In this document: piece by piece, positions 1 to 13,194 of the stretch | Layout: the number at the start of each line of letters is the position of its first letter | Numbering within the stretch: position 1 is the stretch's first letter | Assembly (NCBI GenBank): GCA_963770895.1 | Contig: CAVYRF010000001.1 | Span: forward strand, 1,984,001-2,048,000 | DNA: 64,000 bases | Reading direction: 5' to 3' | DNA from: an uncultured Acidobacteriota bacterium | GTDB taxonomy: Bacteria; Acidobacteriota; Thermoanaerobaculia; Multivoradales; UBA5704 | Program-made: the position numbers and the translations under genes | The notes under the pieces: model-generated | Databases searched by the model: none | The model's input: only the letters and a program-made list of their open reading frames with translations | Told to the model about the DNA's origin: nothing

Positions 1-816
1 GTCGCCCAGCGCCTGGACGCCGCGCTGCGCGGCACGGCGCCGGACCGCCTGGCGGAGGCCCAGCGGCAGCTGGCCCTGCTGCAGGCCTGGGCGCCGGGCG
101 AGCCGCCGGCCCTGGAAGGCGCCCGCGCCCTGGCGGTGGCGCGCCACGACCCGCGGGCCGAGCTGGAGGCGGTCAAGGGCCTGTCGGCGCGCGCGCCGGA
201 CGACCGCGAGCTGCTGGAGCGGCGCTCGACCCTGGAGCTGGAGGTGGGCGACCCCGGCACCGGCCTCAAGATCGTCCAGGACCTGGCGGAGCGCCATCCC
301 GGCGATGCGGAGCTGGCAGACAAGGTGCGCTACGCCAAGTTCCGCTGGCGCCTGTCGCTGCTGCCGGCGGACGTGCGCGCCATGGCCGCCAAGCCGGAGA
401 TCAGCCGCGCCGACTTTTCGGTGCTGCTCTACTGGCTGGTGCCGACCGTGCGCTACGCCAAGCCCGGCGCCGGCCGCATCGCCACCGACCTGCTCGACGA
501 CCCCCACCGGGAGGAGATCGTCCACGTCCTCAACCTGGGCCTGCTCGACGTGGACCCCAACCTGCACCGTTTCTCGCCGGCGGCGACGGTGCGCCGCGGC
601 GTGGCGCTGCGCTGCCTGGCGCGCCTGCTGACCGGCTTCGGCAGCCACCTGACCTGCGCCCAGCAGGCCGGCGGCCCGGCGGCCAATCCCTGCAGCCTGG
701 CGGTGTCGTGCGGCTTGATCACCGACGACGACGCGTGCGACGCCGGCGAGGCCTTGGCGGGCGCCGACGCGCTCGACTGGATCCAGCGCAGCCTGGTGCT
801 GCTCGGCGGCGTATGA
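1..816 (+). CDS. TPR-like/S-layer-homology-like protein, 5' truncated by window edge
   Basis: Frame open from base 1 to TGA 816; helical repeat-like N-part; C-terminal 'HVLNLGLLDV..HRFSPAATVRRG' resembles an SLH motif; ATGA overlap with next gene. Confidence 0.6.
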   Translation, partial: VAQRLDAALRGTAPDRLAEAQRQLALLQAWAPGEPPALEGARALAVARHDPRAELEAVKGLSARAPDDRELLERRSTLELEVGDPGTGLKIVQDLAERHPGDAELADKVRYAKFRWRLSLLPADVRAMAAKPEISRADFSVLLYWLVPTVRYAKPGAGRIATDLLDDPHREEIVHVLNLGLLDVDPNLHRFSPAATVRRGVALRCLARLLTGFGSHLTCAQQAGGPAANPCSLAVSCGLITDDDACDAGEALAGADALDWIQRSLVLLGGV

Positions 817-1397
817 AATTTACCGTTCCCAACCTGCTGTCGCTGCTGCGCATGGCGCTGGTGGCGCCGTTCATCATCGCGCTGCTCAACAACCAGATCG
901 CGCGCGCGCTGGTGATCGTCGTCGTCGCCGGCGTCTCGGACGTGGTGGACGGCTTCATCGCCCGCTTCTTCCACCAGGAATCGCTGCTCGGCACGTACCT
1001 CGACCCGCTCGCCGACAAGCTGCTGGTGATGGCCGCCTTCGTGGTGCTGTCCCTGCCCGGCGTGCAGCACCGCTTCGCGATCCCCGCCTGGGTGGCGGTC
1101 GTGGTCATCAGCCGCGACGTGCTGCTGGTCATCGTCGCCCTGGTGCTCTACCTGGCGGCGGGGCTGCGCCGCTTCCCGCCGTCGGTGCTCAGCAAGATCA
1201 CCACCCTGTTCCAGATCGGCACCGTGCTGCTGGTGCTGCTGGCCAACCTGTGGCCGGAGCTGGACACCGCCGCCCTGGTGCTGCTCTACGTGGTGGCGGC
1301 GCTCACCCTGGCCTCCGGCCTGCACTACGTGTGGCGGGCCAACCGCCTGTTCGAGATCAACGCGCAGCCCGCGCCGCCGGCCGGCGACCGGCCCTGA
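813..1397 (+). CDS. CDP-alcohol phosphatidyltransferase family protein
   Basis: PNLLSLLR, then signature SDVVDGFIAR-x6-LLGTYLDPLADKLL; hydrophobic; ATG 813 overlaps upstream stop. Confidence 0.92.
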   Translation: MKFTVPNLLSLLRMALVAPFIIALLNNQIARALVIVVVAGVSDVVDGFIARFFHQESLLGTYLDPLADKLLVMAAFVVLSLPGVQHRFAIPAWVAVVVISRDVLLVIVALVLYLAAGLRRFPPSVLSKITTLFQIGTVLLVLLANLWPELDTAALVLLYVVAALTLASGLHYVWRANRLFEINAQPAPPAGDRP

Positions 1398-1462
1398 CGC
1401 GCGCCGCACGCGCCGACAGACTACCCGGTTCTGCTACCATGGCCTGAGACCGCTAGCGCGCG

Positions 1463-4966
<3,504 letters not shown>

Positions 4967-4989
4967 CGGCCGCCCCCCCAACCCCCCTC

Positions 4990-6378
4990 ATGGCAGCCCC
5001 GGAGCGGCCGTTGGCGCAGGTCGGCCAGCTCGACGGCGCCCTGGCGCACCGCGTCGCCGTCGTGGCCCAGGCCGCGGCCGCGCTGGGAATCGAAACCTGG
5101 CTGGTGGGCGGCACCGTCCGCGACCTGCTCCTCGGCAGGCAAAGCCCCGACCTCGACTTCGTGGCCGTCGGCGACGGCTGCGCGCTCGCCGCCGCCGTGG
5201 AGCGCCAGCTGGGCGGGCGGCTCCTGCTGCACCCCGCCTTCCTGACCGCCGACCTGGTCGACGCCCAAGGCACCCACCTCGACATCGCCACCGCCCGCCA
5301 GGAAACCTATCGCGCCATGGCGGCGCTGCCCACCGTGGCGCCAGGCACGCTCGCCGAAGACCTGCGCCGCCGCGACTTCACCATCAACACCCTGGCCTTG
5401 CCGCTTACCGCCGCCATGCAGCCAGCGGCGGCGCTGGACCTGTCGGCGGTGGTGGACCTTTTTGATGGCCGCCGCGACCTGGCGGCTGGGGCGCTGCGGG
5501 TGCTGCACGACCGGTCGTTTCTGGACGATCCGACGCGCGTGCTGCGCGGAGTGCGCTTCGAAGTGCGGCTGGGGATGCGGATGACGCCGGAGACCGAGGG
5601 ACTGGCGCGCCAATCCCTCGCGGCCGGAGCCTTCGCACGGCTGACCGGCGGCCGCCTGCGGCACGAGCTGGAGCTGCTGTTGGAAAGCGACCAGGCGATC
5701 GCCGGGATCGAGCGGCTGGCGGATCTCGGAGTGCTGGCCGCCGTGCACCAGGACCTGACGCTGGACGACGCCGGCCGGCGCCGTCTGCGCGACGCGACGA
5801 TCGAGCACGCCTGGTACCGTGCCGCCTGCGGCCCGCCGGTGCCGCGGCGCTGGCTGGTGCTGCTGATGGCGCTGCTGGCCGGGCTGGACGCGCCGCGGCG
5901 CCGCGAGGCTGCCGAGCGGCTGTTGCTTGCCGGCGAGGAGCTGCGTCTGGCGGCGAGCGCCGTTGGCGGCGCTGGAAGCAGCGGAGCCGCCAGCGAAAAT
6001 GGAGGCACCGGCGCCATCGCCAAGGACGGCGGCAGCGACCTGTTGGCCGCGACCGCCGCGCGCCTCTGCGCCGGCACCACCGCCAGCCAGGCGGATGCGG
6101 CTCTGGCGCCGCTGGTCCCCGAAGAGCTGATCCTGTTCGCCGCGCAGGCGGGAACGGTGGCGCGGTCTTGGGTCCGCCGCTATGCCACCGAGCTGCGGCC
6201 GTTCAAGTTGGCGATCGGCGGCGCCGACCTGGTAGCGGCCGGCGCCCGCCCGGGGCCGGCTATCGGCGCCGCACTACGCGCCACACGCGCCGCCCGCCTG
6301 GACGGCTCGATCGACACCCGCGACGAATTGGCCTTCGCGCTCAACTATCTTTCCAAGCCCGCCGGCGCTCAGCCCTGA
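4990..6378 (+). CDS. CCA tRNA nucleotidyltransferase / poly(A) polymerase family
   Basis: VGGTVRDLLLG..DLDF, EDLRRRDFTINTLA, SFLDDPTRVLRGVRF; ATG 4990 lies just after the dnaE stop. Confidence 0.93.
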   Translation: MAAPERPLAQVGQLDGALAHRVAVVAQAAAALGIETWLVGGTVRDLLLGRQSPDLDFVAVGDGCALAAAVERQLGGRLLLHPAFLTADLVDAQGTHLDIATARQETYRAMAALPTVAPGTLAEDLRRRDFTINTLALPLTAAMQPAAALDLSAVVDLFDGRRDLAAGALRVLHDRSFLDDPTRVLRGVRFEVRLGMRMTPETEGLARQSLAAGAFARLTGGRLRHELELLLESDQAIAGIERLADLGVLAAVHQDLTLDDAGRRRLRDATIEHAWYRAACGPPVPRRWLVLLMALLAGLDAPRRREAAERLLLAGEELRLAASAVGGAGSSGAASENGGTGAIAKDGGSDLLAATAARLCAGTTASQADAALAPLVPEELILFAAQAGTVARSWVRRYATELRPFKLAIGGADLVAAGARPGPAIGAALRATRAARLDGSIDTRDELAFALNYLSKPAGAQP

Positions 6379-6434
6379 GCGGCCCGAGCCGAGTCGCCGC
6401 CGGCGCCAGCTGACGTAACACCTGCGCGGGTGAT

Positions 6435-6463
6435 TTGCACGGATATTGCCAACTTGGTAAAAT
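6435..6463 (+). promoter_or_regulatory. sigma70-like promoter of the Cys-rich gene
   Basis: TTGCAC-N17-TAAAAT in an AT-rich patch, upstream of RBS GAAAGGAG. Confidence 0.65.
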
Positions 6464-6504
6464 AGCGAATAAATCCAAACTATTTCTTTCTGAAAGGAGA
6501 GTCG

Positions 6505-6846
6505 ATGAGAAAGCTGCTCTTGGCCCTGGGGCTGGTAGCCGCGGTGCTCACCGCCTTCTATCCGCCGGCCCCGGCGGCGGCGTCGTCGGAAAAATGCTCC
6601 ACCACCTGCAGCCCCTCGGGCGCCGTGCTCAACTGCATGGTGGCGAACGGCTCCTGCAGCAGCACGAACACGTCGGTCACCTGCTGCGGCCAGACCCACT
6701 CCTGTACCCCCAACAACGACTGGTGGGACTGCATCGAGGCATGCATCCACGGCAGTGCAGCCTGCACCGGCAAGACCTGCCCGGACATCCAGCAAGGCTG
6801 CATCCAGGGCTGCGGGTCCGCGCCTCCAACCAACTTCTCCTGCTGA
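6505..6846 (+). CDS. Secreted Cys-rich small protein (113 aa, 14 Cys)
   Basis: Strong RBS; signal peptide MRKLLLALGLVAAVLTAF..AAA; 14 Cys in the mature part. Confidence 0.85.
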   Translation: MRKLLLALGLVAAVLTAFYPPAPAAASSEKCSTTCSPSGAVLNCMVANGSCSSTNTSVTCCGQTHSCTPNNDWWDCIEACIHGSAACTGKTCPDIQQGCIQGCGSAPPTNFSC

Positions 6847-6853
6847 CTCCGCC

Positions 6854-6883
6854 GCCGGCAGGCGCCTCCGCGCGCCTGCCGGC
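6854..6883 (+). terminator. GC-rich stem-loop after the Cys-rich gene
   Basis: GCCGGCAGGCGC-ctccgc-GCGCCTGCCGGC, 12-bp stem; no U tract. Confidence 0.5.
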
Positions 6884-7023
6884 CGCCTCCCCGACACCGG
6901 CATCCGCCAGCGTACCCGTATCACCAACGACCAGCCGGAACACAACCGCAGCCGGTAGGTGGTATGGCGGCGGCTTCGGTCCCATGTAACATGCGCAGGG
7001 GTGATTTGCATCGATACCAGGCG

Positions 7024-7749
7024 ATGGAGCGATTCTCGTCCGCAATGATCGGCCTGCCGCTCAGGCGTTCCGCCGCCGCGCTCGCATGGTGCCTTGGCGC
7101 CGCCGTGCTGCTGGGTGGTTTGCTGTGCGCGTCGGCTGCCGCGGCGCCCGCCGGCGACCCGGTGCCGCCGACGGGCAGGTCGTTTGAGGTGCTGCGGCTG
7201 GACTGCGCCAGCACGCTGGGGCGGCGGGAGGTGACGCTCTTCGGCAACGGCACGATCCGGCTGCGCGACGGGCCGCTGGGCAAGGAATGGATGGGGCTCG
7301 CCGAGCTGGGGCCCGACGACCTGGATGACGTTCTGCACAGGCTGGGTGAGCTGGAGCTTCCGGACAGCATGGGGCTGCCGCAGGGGGTGATGGGGGATTG
7401 GATCGAAAAGTGCGACCTGGTCGTCGAGCTGCCCGGCAAGACCCGGCGCAAGTTCTTCTTTGGGCGCCACGACACGTTGCCGCTCGGCCTGTCGCGCGTC
7501 GTGCACCTGGCGGAGGAGCTGGGCGCCAAGGTGGCGACGACCAACACCAGCGAGCACCTGCCCGAAGGCTACCAGCCCAAGATGGACGACGTGCTCAAGC
7601 GCACCGACGGCCACCAGTTTCGGGTGGTCAACTTCACCAGCGACAAGAAGGGCGTCGAGCTCGACGGCATCGACCAGCCGCTGCACCTGATCGTGCTCAA
7701 GGAGCAGATGCGGCTGGAGTTCGTCGGCTTGATCTCGCGCCAGCCGTGA
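7024..7749 (+). CDS. Hypothetical exported protein
   Basis: Hydrophobic N-terminal segment, host-like codon usage, just upstream of rsmD; start uncertain. Confidence 0.75.
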   Translation: MERFSSAMIGLPLRRSAAALAWCLGAAVLLGGLLCASAAAAPAGDPVPPTGRSFEVLRLDCASTLGRREVTLFGNGTIRLRDGPLGKEWMGLAELGPDDLDDVLHRLGELELPDSMGLPQGVMGDWIEKCDLVVELPGKTRRKFFFGRHDTLPLGLSRVVHLAEELGAKVATTNTSEHLPEGYQPKMDDVLKRTDGHQFRVVNFTSDKKGVELDGIDQPLHLIVLKEQMRLEFVGLISRQP

Positions 7750-7771
7750 CCCTGATGGGCGGGACACCGCG

Positions 7772-8473
7772 ATGAGTCCCGGCGGCGCCAGCCGCTCGCT
7801 GGGCGGCGTGCGCGCCACCGGCGGCACCTTCCGCGGCCGGCCGCTGAGCGTCCCAGCCGGCGCCCGCCCGACCGAAGCGCGAGTGCGCGAAGCCCTCTTC
7901 TCGATCTGGCGCGACCCCCTGGAAACCGGCACCTGCAACTTCCTCGACCTCTTCGCCGGCAGCGGCGTCGTGGCCATCGAAGCCGCCGGCCGCGGCGCCC
8001 TGCACGTCCTGGCGATCGACGACGACGCCCAGGCGGTGCGCCTGATCGCCGCCAATGCCGCCGCCATGGTCGCCACGCCCCCAGCCGGTGCCGCGCCCCC
8101 ACCCGGCACTGCGCGCGCATCCGGTACCGACCCGGCCGACCCCCGCCCTCGCCCGCGGCACGGTGCCCCGCCGCTGATCGCCTGCCGGCGCCTGACCCTA
8201 CCCGCCGGCCTCGCGCGCCTGGCCGCCGAAGGCCCGTTCGACCTGATCTTTGCCGACCCCCCGTACAACTTCGACGCCTACCAGGCGCTCCTGGACACCC
8301 TGCCGCCGCTGCTCGCCGCCGACGGCGAGATCGCCGTCGAACACTCCACGCGCCGCGACCTGCCGCCGATCGCCGGCGCCGCCACCACCGCTGGCCTGGT
8401 CCGCACCGGCGTCCGGCGGTACGGAGAAAGCAGCCTCAGCTTCTATCGCCACGACGTGCGGCCTCTCCAGTAG
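7772..8473 (+). CDS. rsmD: 16S rRNA m2G966 methyltransferase RsmD family
   Basis: RPTEARVREALFS, LDLFAGSG, DLIFADPPY, YGESSLSFY. Confidence 0.9.
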   Translation: MSPGGASRSLGGVRATGGTFRGRPLSVPAGARPTEARVREALFSIWRDPLETGTCNFLDLFAGSGVVAIEAAGRGALHVLAIDDDAQAVRLIAANAAAMVATPPAGAAPPPGTARASGTDPADPRPRPRHGAPPLIACRRLTLPAGLARLAAEGPFDLIFADPPYNFDAYQALLDTLPPLLAADGEIAVEHSTRRDLPPIAGAATTAGLVRTGVRRYGESSLSFYRHDVRPLQ

Positions 8474-8557
8474 GAGGGGCGCCGCTTCTGGTGCATGACA
8501 GCGAGGATCCTGATGGATCCCGAATTCCGCCAGAGGGTGGAAGGCGTAGCCGGTCAC
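8458..8557 (-). pseudogene. Internally deleted RelE/ParE toxin
   Basis: GTG overlaps the antitoxin stop (GTGA); N-terminus MTGYAFHPLAE is joined out of frame to C-terminus IRILAVMHQKRRPSYWRGR. Confidence 0.75.
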
Positions 8558-8784
8558 GATATCTCGGCGGCGGCTCTCCGAAGTACTTCGTCGCCCGGAA
8601 GTGGCTCCACCTGCCCGCTCTGCAGCTCCTGCTGCCGGCGCTCCGCTTCGGCAAGCCAAAGCCGCTCGTTTTCTGCCTCCGAAACGCCTTCAAGGCTGCG
8701 CAGAAGCTTCGCGGCTAGCGCTGCGCGGTCATCGAGCTTCAGTTCCAGAGCTGCTTCTTCGACGTCTTCCAGCTTCCGTGACAT
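8554..8784 (-). CDS. Addiction module antitoxin component
   Basis: EAALELKLDDRAALAAKLLRSL..WLAEAERR..SGQV, typical of the putative addiction-module family; RBS GGAG. Confidence 0.85.
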   Translation of the reverse strand: MSRKLEDVEEAALELKLDDRAALAAKLLRSLEGVSEAENERLWLAEAERRQQELQSGQVEPLPGDEVLRRAAAEIS

Positions 8785-8858
8785 GGGTTTCTCCTACCCG
8801 CGACACAAGTGTACCGCGGCAGGGCTGCACCAGCAGACGGACCGAGCCCTGGGCGGCC

Positions 8859-9476
8859 TTATCGTGTCCCCAATTCCCCGGCCGGGGCCGCCGCCTTCTG
8901 GCGCAGCTCGCCGACCAGGTCTTCCGCCGGGGTGATGCGGGCGAAGCGTTCGCGCAGCATGAACTCCGTGCGGTGCCGGATGTCGTCCGTGGAGAGCTCT
9001 TCGCCGGTGGCGCGGTTGAGGATGGGGAAGGTCAGCGTGCCGTCCATCACGAAGTCCACGTCGTAACCTAGATCCGCCGCCAGCCGCGCGCTGGTTTCGC
9101 AGCACTGCTCGGTCTGAATCCCGGTGATCGCCAGCCGCCGCACGCCGCCCTTGTCCAGGATCTGCTGCAGGTCGGTGCTGGTGAAGGCGTTGCGCGTCGT
9201 CTTGATCAGCACCCGCTCTTCCGCCCGCGGCGCGATGAAATCCATCAGCTTGAAATAGGGGCTGGTCTGGCTGAACGGCTCGTCGTCGTCCGTGTGCAGC
9301 ACGAAGATCACCGGCAGCTCCGCCTGGCGATAGGCATCGATCAAGCGGCCGACGTTCGCTTCGAAGTCCGGATTGCTGCGCCGCGCCCACCGCTCCGGCG
9401 TCGCCTTGAACGAGTCCTGCACGTCGATCACCAGCAGCGCCGAGCTCTCGATCGGCAGCTTTTTTGCGTCGCTCAT
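8859..9476 (-). CDS. Isochorismatase / cysteine hydrolase
   Basis: ALLVIDVQ, NAFTSTDL, GIQTEQCCETSAR; RBS AAGGAG before ATG 9476. Confidence 0.92.
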   Translation of the reverse strand: MSDAKKLPIESSALLVIDVQDSFKATPERWARRSNPDFEANVGRLIDAYRQAELPVIFVLHTDDDEPFSQTSPYFKLMDFIAPRAEERVLIKTTRNAFTSTDLQQILDKGGVRRLAITGIQTEQCCETSARLAADLGYDVDFVMDGTLTFPILNRATGEELSTDDIRHRTEFMLRERFARITPAEDLVGELRQKAAAPAGELGTR

Positions 9477-9653
9477 CAGTTTCTCCTTGGCGTCATGGCA
9501 CCGCGTCGGCCGGGTCACCCCGCCGCAAGGGCGAGGCTGGTCGTGGACCCGGCCAACCGGGCCATCCAGGCCAGCAAGTTTATCAGCCCCGGCGGTCCGG
9601 CGGCGGTCCGGCAGGGCAGGCGCGGTGGCGCTCTGCGGTAGGATCGTGCCGCT

Positions 9654-11501
9654 TTGATCCACCCCAGCGAAGACATCTCCCGCGGCAGCCGCGACGGCAG
9701 GATCCGGGCGGCGGCCTGGATCGCCGCGGCCCTGGCCGTCGCGACCCGCGTGCCCTTTGCCGCCAGGCGGCTGTGGGATCACGATTCGATCCAGTTTGCG
9801 CTGGGAGTGGAGAAGTACGACCTGGCCGCCCACCACCCGCATCCGCCGGGCTACCCGCTGTACATCGCCATCCTGAAGGTCCTGAACGCCGCCGGCATCG
9901 ATTCGCTGCACGGCATGGTCGCCCTCTCCATCCTCGCCGCGGCCCTGGGCGCCGGCCTCATCGTGCCCCTGGTCGCGCGCCTGACGGCGCTGCGCAGTGC
10001 CCGGCCACCCGCAGAGCTGGGCATAACCGAGCAGCGGGAAGAGATGGGCAGCGCCGGGCGGCTAGGAGCGCTGCGCGATGCCCAGCGGCCTGGAGAGCTG
10101 GGCAACGCCGAGCCGCCGGCCGGTGCCTCGCTGCCGCCGGCCGTCGCCGTGGCGTCGCCGGCTGATCGCGACGACGCGGCGCTGGCCGCCGGCCTGTTCG
10201 CCGCGGCGCTCTACGTCTTCAATCCGCTGCTCTGGTTCTACGGCGAGCTGCCGCTGGTCTACGCCGTCGAAGGCGGCATGACCGTCGCCCTTGCCTGGGC
10301 CGCCCTGCGCATGGCCGACAGCCGCGCCGCCCTGCTGACCGGCTGCGTCGCGTTTGCCCTTGCCGGCGGCGTCCGCCCGTCCACGCTGGTGCTGCTGCTG
10401 CCACTGTTCCTGTTCGGCGTCGTGCGCGCCTGGCGCCGCGGCGCCGCCTGGACCACGCTGCTGATCGGCGCCCTCTTGGCCACCGCCGCCGGCCTGGCCT
10501 GGCTCCTGCCGCTGCTCGCGGCCGCCGGCGGCTACGCCGGCTACCAGCGCATCAACCGCGAGCACTTTGCGGCGCTCCTTCCCTACACCTCGATCTTGTA
10601 CGGCGCCGGCACCAAGGCCCTGGTCCACAACCTGACCATCATGACCAAGTGGTTCCTGCAGGGGCTTTTCCCCGCCGCCGTGGCGCTCGCCGGCGTCGGC
10701 CTGCTGGGGTTGGCAACACCCGCCGCCCGCGATCGGCGCGACCTGAACCACCGGCCCGATGGGCGCATGGGCGCCCGCTCCCATCCTGCTCCCCTGTTTC
10801 TTGCCGTGTGGGTGCTGCCGCCGGTGGTGTTTTTCGCCCTGTTCCACATCACCAAGGCCGGTTACACCCTGGTCTACCTTCCAGGCCTGCTGGTCGCCGC
10901 CAGCCTTGTCGCCGTCCCGCTGCTGACCGCGACCAAGGTGCCGGTGCGAACGGCCACGGCGGTGCTCCTGGCCGCCGCTGCCGGCGCCGCCCTGTTCCTG
11001 TTCGGCGCCGACCGCCGCCCCGATCAGCCGCGCGCCCTTGCCGTCGTGCGCAACGAGTTCAACCGCGGCGCCATCGCCGCCTACCAGCGCGACCTGGACC
11101 AGCTGCTCGCCGTCCTGCGCGCCTATCCACCGGACACCACCGTCCTGGCCACCGTCGAGCTGTCCGGCACCGGCCCCGCCGGCCCCGAATCCTTCCTCTA
11201 TCCCTGGCAGCGGCACCTGCAGTGGTATCTCCCCCAATACGAAGTGCTGCACCTGGTCCCCGAAGACCGCCTGGCCTTCGTCACCCGCGGCCACCATCCC
11301 TTCCGCCGCGAACCCAGCCCCATTCTGGCCCTCCCGCCGGGCACCACCCGCCTGGCCATCGTCCTCGCCGGGCCGACCGGCGCGCGCTTCCCCCTTGGCG
11401 CCCCGCTGCAACCCATCGGCACCACGTTCGACCTGGTCGTCCTGCCGGTCACCGCCCCGTCGCTGCGCCTCGGCCCTTTCACGATGGTGCCCGCGTTCTG
11501 A
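9654..11501 (+). CDS. Polytopic membrane protein, glycosyltransferase-C-like (DUF2723-like)
   Basis: WDHDSIQFALG..HHPHPPGYPLY motif followed by many TM helices. Confidence 0.7.
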   Translation: MIHPSEDISRGSRDGRIRAAAWIAAALAVATRVPFAARRLWDHDSIQFALGVEKYDLAAHHPHPPGYPLYIAILKVLNAAGIDSLHGMVALSILAAALGAGLIVPLVARLTALRSARPPAELGITEQREEMGSAGRLGALRDAQRPGELGNAEPPAGASLPPAVAVASPADRDDAALAAGLFAAALYVFNPLLWFYGELPLVYAVEGGMTVALAWAALRMADSRAALLTGCVAFALAGGVRPSTLVLLLPLFLFGVVRAWRRGAAWTTLLIGALLATAAGLAWLLPLLAAAGGYAGYQRINREHFAALLPYTSILYGAGTKALVHNLTIMTKWFLQGLFPAAVALAGVGLLGLATPAARDRRDLNHRPDGRMGARSHPAPLFLAVWVLPPVVFFALFHITKAGYTLVYLPGLLVAASLVAVPLLTATKVPVRTATAVLLAAAAGAALFLFGADRRPDQPRALAVVRNEFNRGAIAAYQRDLDQLLAVLRAYPPDTTVLATVELSGTGPAGPESFLYPWQRHLQWYLPQYEVLHLVPEDRLAFVTRGHHPFRREPSPILALPPGTTRLAIVLAGPTGARFPLGAPLQPIGTTFDLVVLPVTAPSLRLGPFTMVPAF

Positions 11502-11663
11502 GCATCCCATCCGCCGCGCCGGCGGCGCGGCGCCGGATCGCACGGAGCCTTCTGCCAACGCATCGGCTCGCAACTTGACAGCGCGCAAGCCCATAGTTCA
11601 GCATCGACGGATCTGAATGGATGTCGGCGGAGGATTGGCCGCGACACCGCGAAAGGAGCTCTT

Positions 11664-13175
11664 ATGCGTACGCAAACCCTTCCTTTCCGCCTCGCGGTGC
11701 GCCGCGCTCTCTTTTTGGCTCTGGCGTTTGCCCTGGCGGCCGGCATCCCGGCCAGCGCTGCCACGGGGCATCGTGTGGTTGTAATTGGCACGGTGTCCGC
11801 GGTCGATGCAGCAGCCGGCAACCTTGCCGTCACGCCGCGCTATCCCAACCACGCCGCAGCCATCACGCTGCAAACCAACGCGCAGACCGCCCTGACGTTG
11901 GACGGAGCGCCGGTCAAGCTGGCCGACGTCCCGGTCGGTTCGGAAGCGCGGGCGGCTTACAACTCGGCGACCAAGGTGGCGATGCGCGTCGACACGATTT
12001 CGCCGCACCCGCTGGGAGCGGTGCAAGGTACGGCGACAGCGGTCGCGGCCTCCTCGATCACCATCGCCCCCCAACGCGGCGGCGCGGCGGTGACGCTCCA
12101 AACCAATGCGTCCACGGAGATCCTGCTCGACGGCGCCACCTCGACGCTGTCTGCGATCGCGGCCGGCGATCAGGCGAGCGCCCTGTTTGACAGTTCGACC
12201 AAGGTCGCGATCGTCATCGAAGCCCAGGCGCCGCACCATGCGTTCACCGCGGTCGAGGGGCAGGTCACCGCAGTCGCTGCCTCTTCCATCACCATCGAGC
12301 CCGAAGGCGGCGGCGCGGCGGTGACCCTGGACACCAACTCGTCGACGCGGGTGTTTCTCAACGGTTCGCCGTCCACCCTGTCCGCCATCGCCACCGGCGA
12401 CAAGGCCGGCGCGCTCTATGACAGCTCGACGATGCTCGCGACACTCATCCAGGCACTGTCGCCGCAGACCGTACCGCAAGAGGTCGAGGGCCAGGTGACG
12501 GCGGTCGCCGCCTCTTCGATCACCATCGCGCCCCAGGGCGGCGGCGCGGACGTCACGCTCGGCACCGATGCCGCGACCCAGATCTTCGTCAACGGCGCGC
12601 CGGCCAGCCTGTCCGCGATCGCCACCGGTGACAGCGCCCGCGCCCTCTACGACGGCACGACCCTCATCGCCCAGGTGATCCAGGCACAGGCACCGCACCA
12701 CCAGCTCGCCGCCGTCATCGGCCAGGTGACCGCGCTGACCAGCGCCTCGCTCACCATCACCCCGCCGCACGGCTCCGCGGTCACCATCACCACCAACGCG
12801 ACCACCCAGATCTTCCTCGACGGCGCCCCGGTCAACCTCTCCGCCCTCGCCGCCGGCGACCAGGCCCAGGCCCTTTACGACACCGGCACCCAGGTCGCCG
12901 TGATCATCTCAGCCCAGGCCCCCCGCCAGCAGGTCGCCCAGGTCGAAGGCAAGGTCACCGCGGTAGCCGCCGCCTCGATCACCATCACCCCCGAAGGCCC
13001 AGGTGGCAGCGCGCCGGTGACCCTGACCACCACCTCCTCCACCCAGATCTACCTCAACGGCAAGACCGCCCCCCTCACCGCCCTCGCCGTCGGCGACCCA
13101 GCCCGCGCCCTCTACGAAACCTCAACCCTCACCGCCCTGGCGATCGAAGCCGTGTCTGCGCCAGCGCACTATTGA
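11664..13175 (+). CDS. Secreted protein with six ~77-aa DUF5666-like repeats
   Basis: Signal peptide; six repeats of VEGQVTAVAASSITI..VTL.T...T.I.LNG....LSAIA.GD.A.ALYD; RBS AAAGGAG. Confidence 0.8.
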   Translation: MRTQTLPFRLAVRRALFLALAFALAAGIPASAATGHRVVVIGTVSAVDAAAGNLAVTPRYPNHAAAITLQTNAQTALTLDGAPVKLADVPVGSEARAAYNSATKVAMRVDTISPHPLGAVQGTATAVAASSITIAPQRGGAAVTLQTNASTEILLDGATSTLSAIAAGDQASALFDSSTKVAIVIEAQAPHHAFTAVEGQVTAVAASSITIEPEGGGAAVTLDTNSSTRVFLNGSPSTLSAIATGDKAGALYDSSTMLATLIQALSPQTVPQEVEGQVTAVAASSITIAPQGGGADVTLGTDAATQIFVNGAPASLSAIATGDSARALYDGTTLIAQVIQAQAPHHQLAAVIGQVTALTSASLTITPPHGSAVTITTNATTQIFLDGAPVNLSALAAGDQAQALYDTGTQVAVIISAQAPRQQVAQVEGKVTAVAAASITITPEGPGGSAPVTLTTTSSTQIYLNGKTAPLTALAVGDPARALYETSTLTALAIEAVSAPAHY

Positions 13176-13194
13176 GTACTGCATAACAAATGTC

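Noticed and set aside
11575-11603. TTGACA as the promoter of the DUF5666-like gene
   Set aside because: No acceptable -10 box at 16-18 bp spacing
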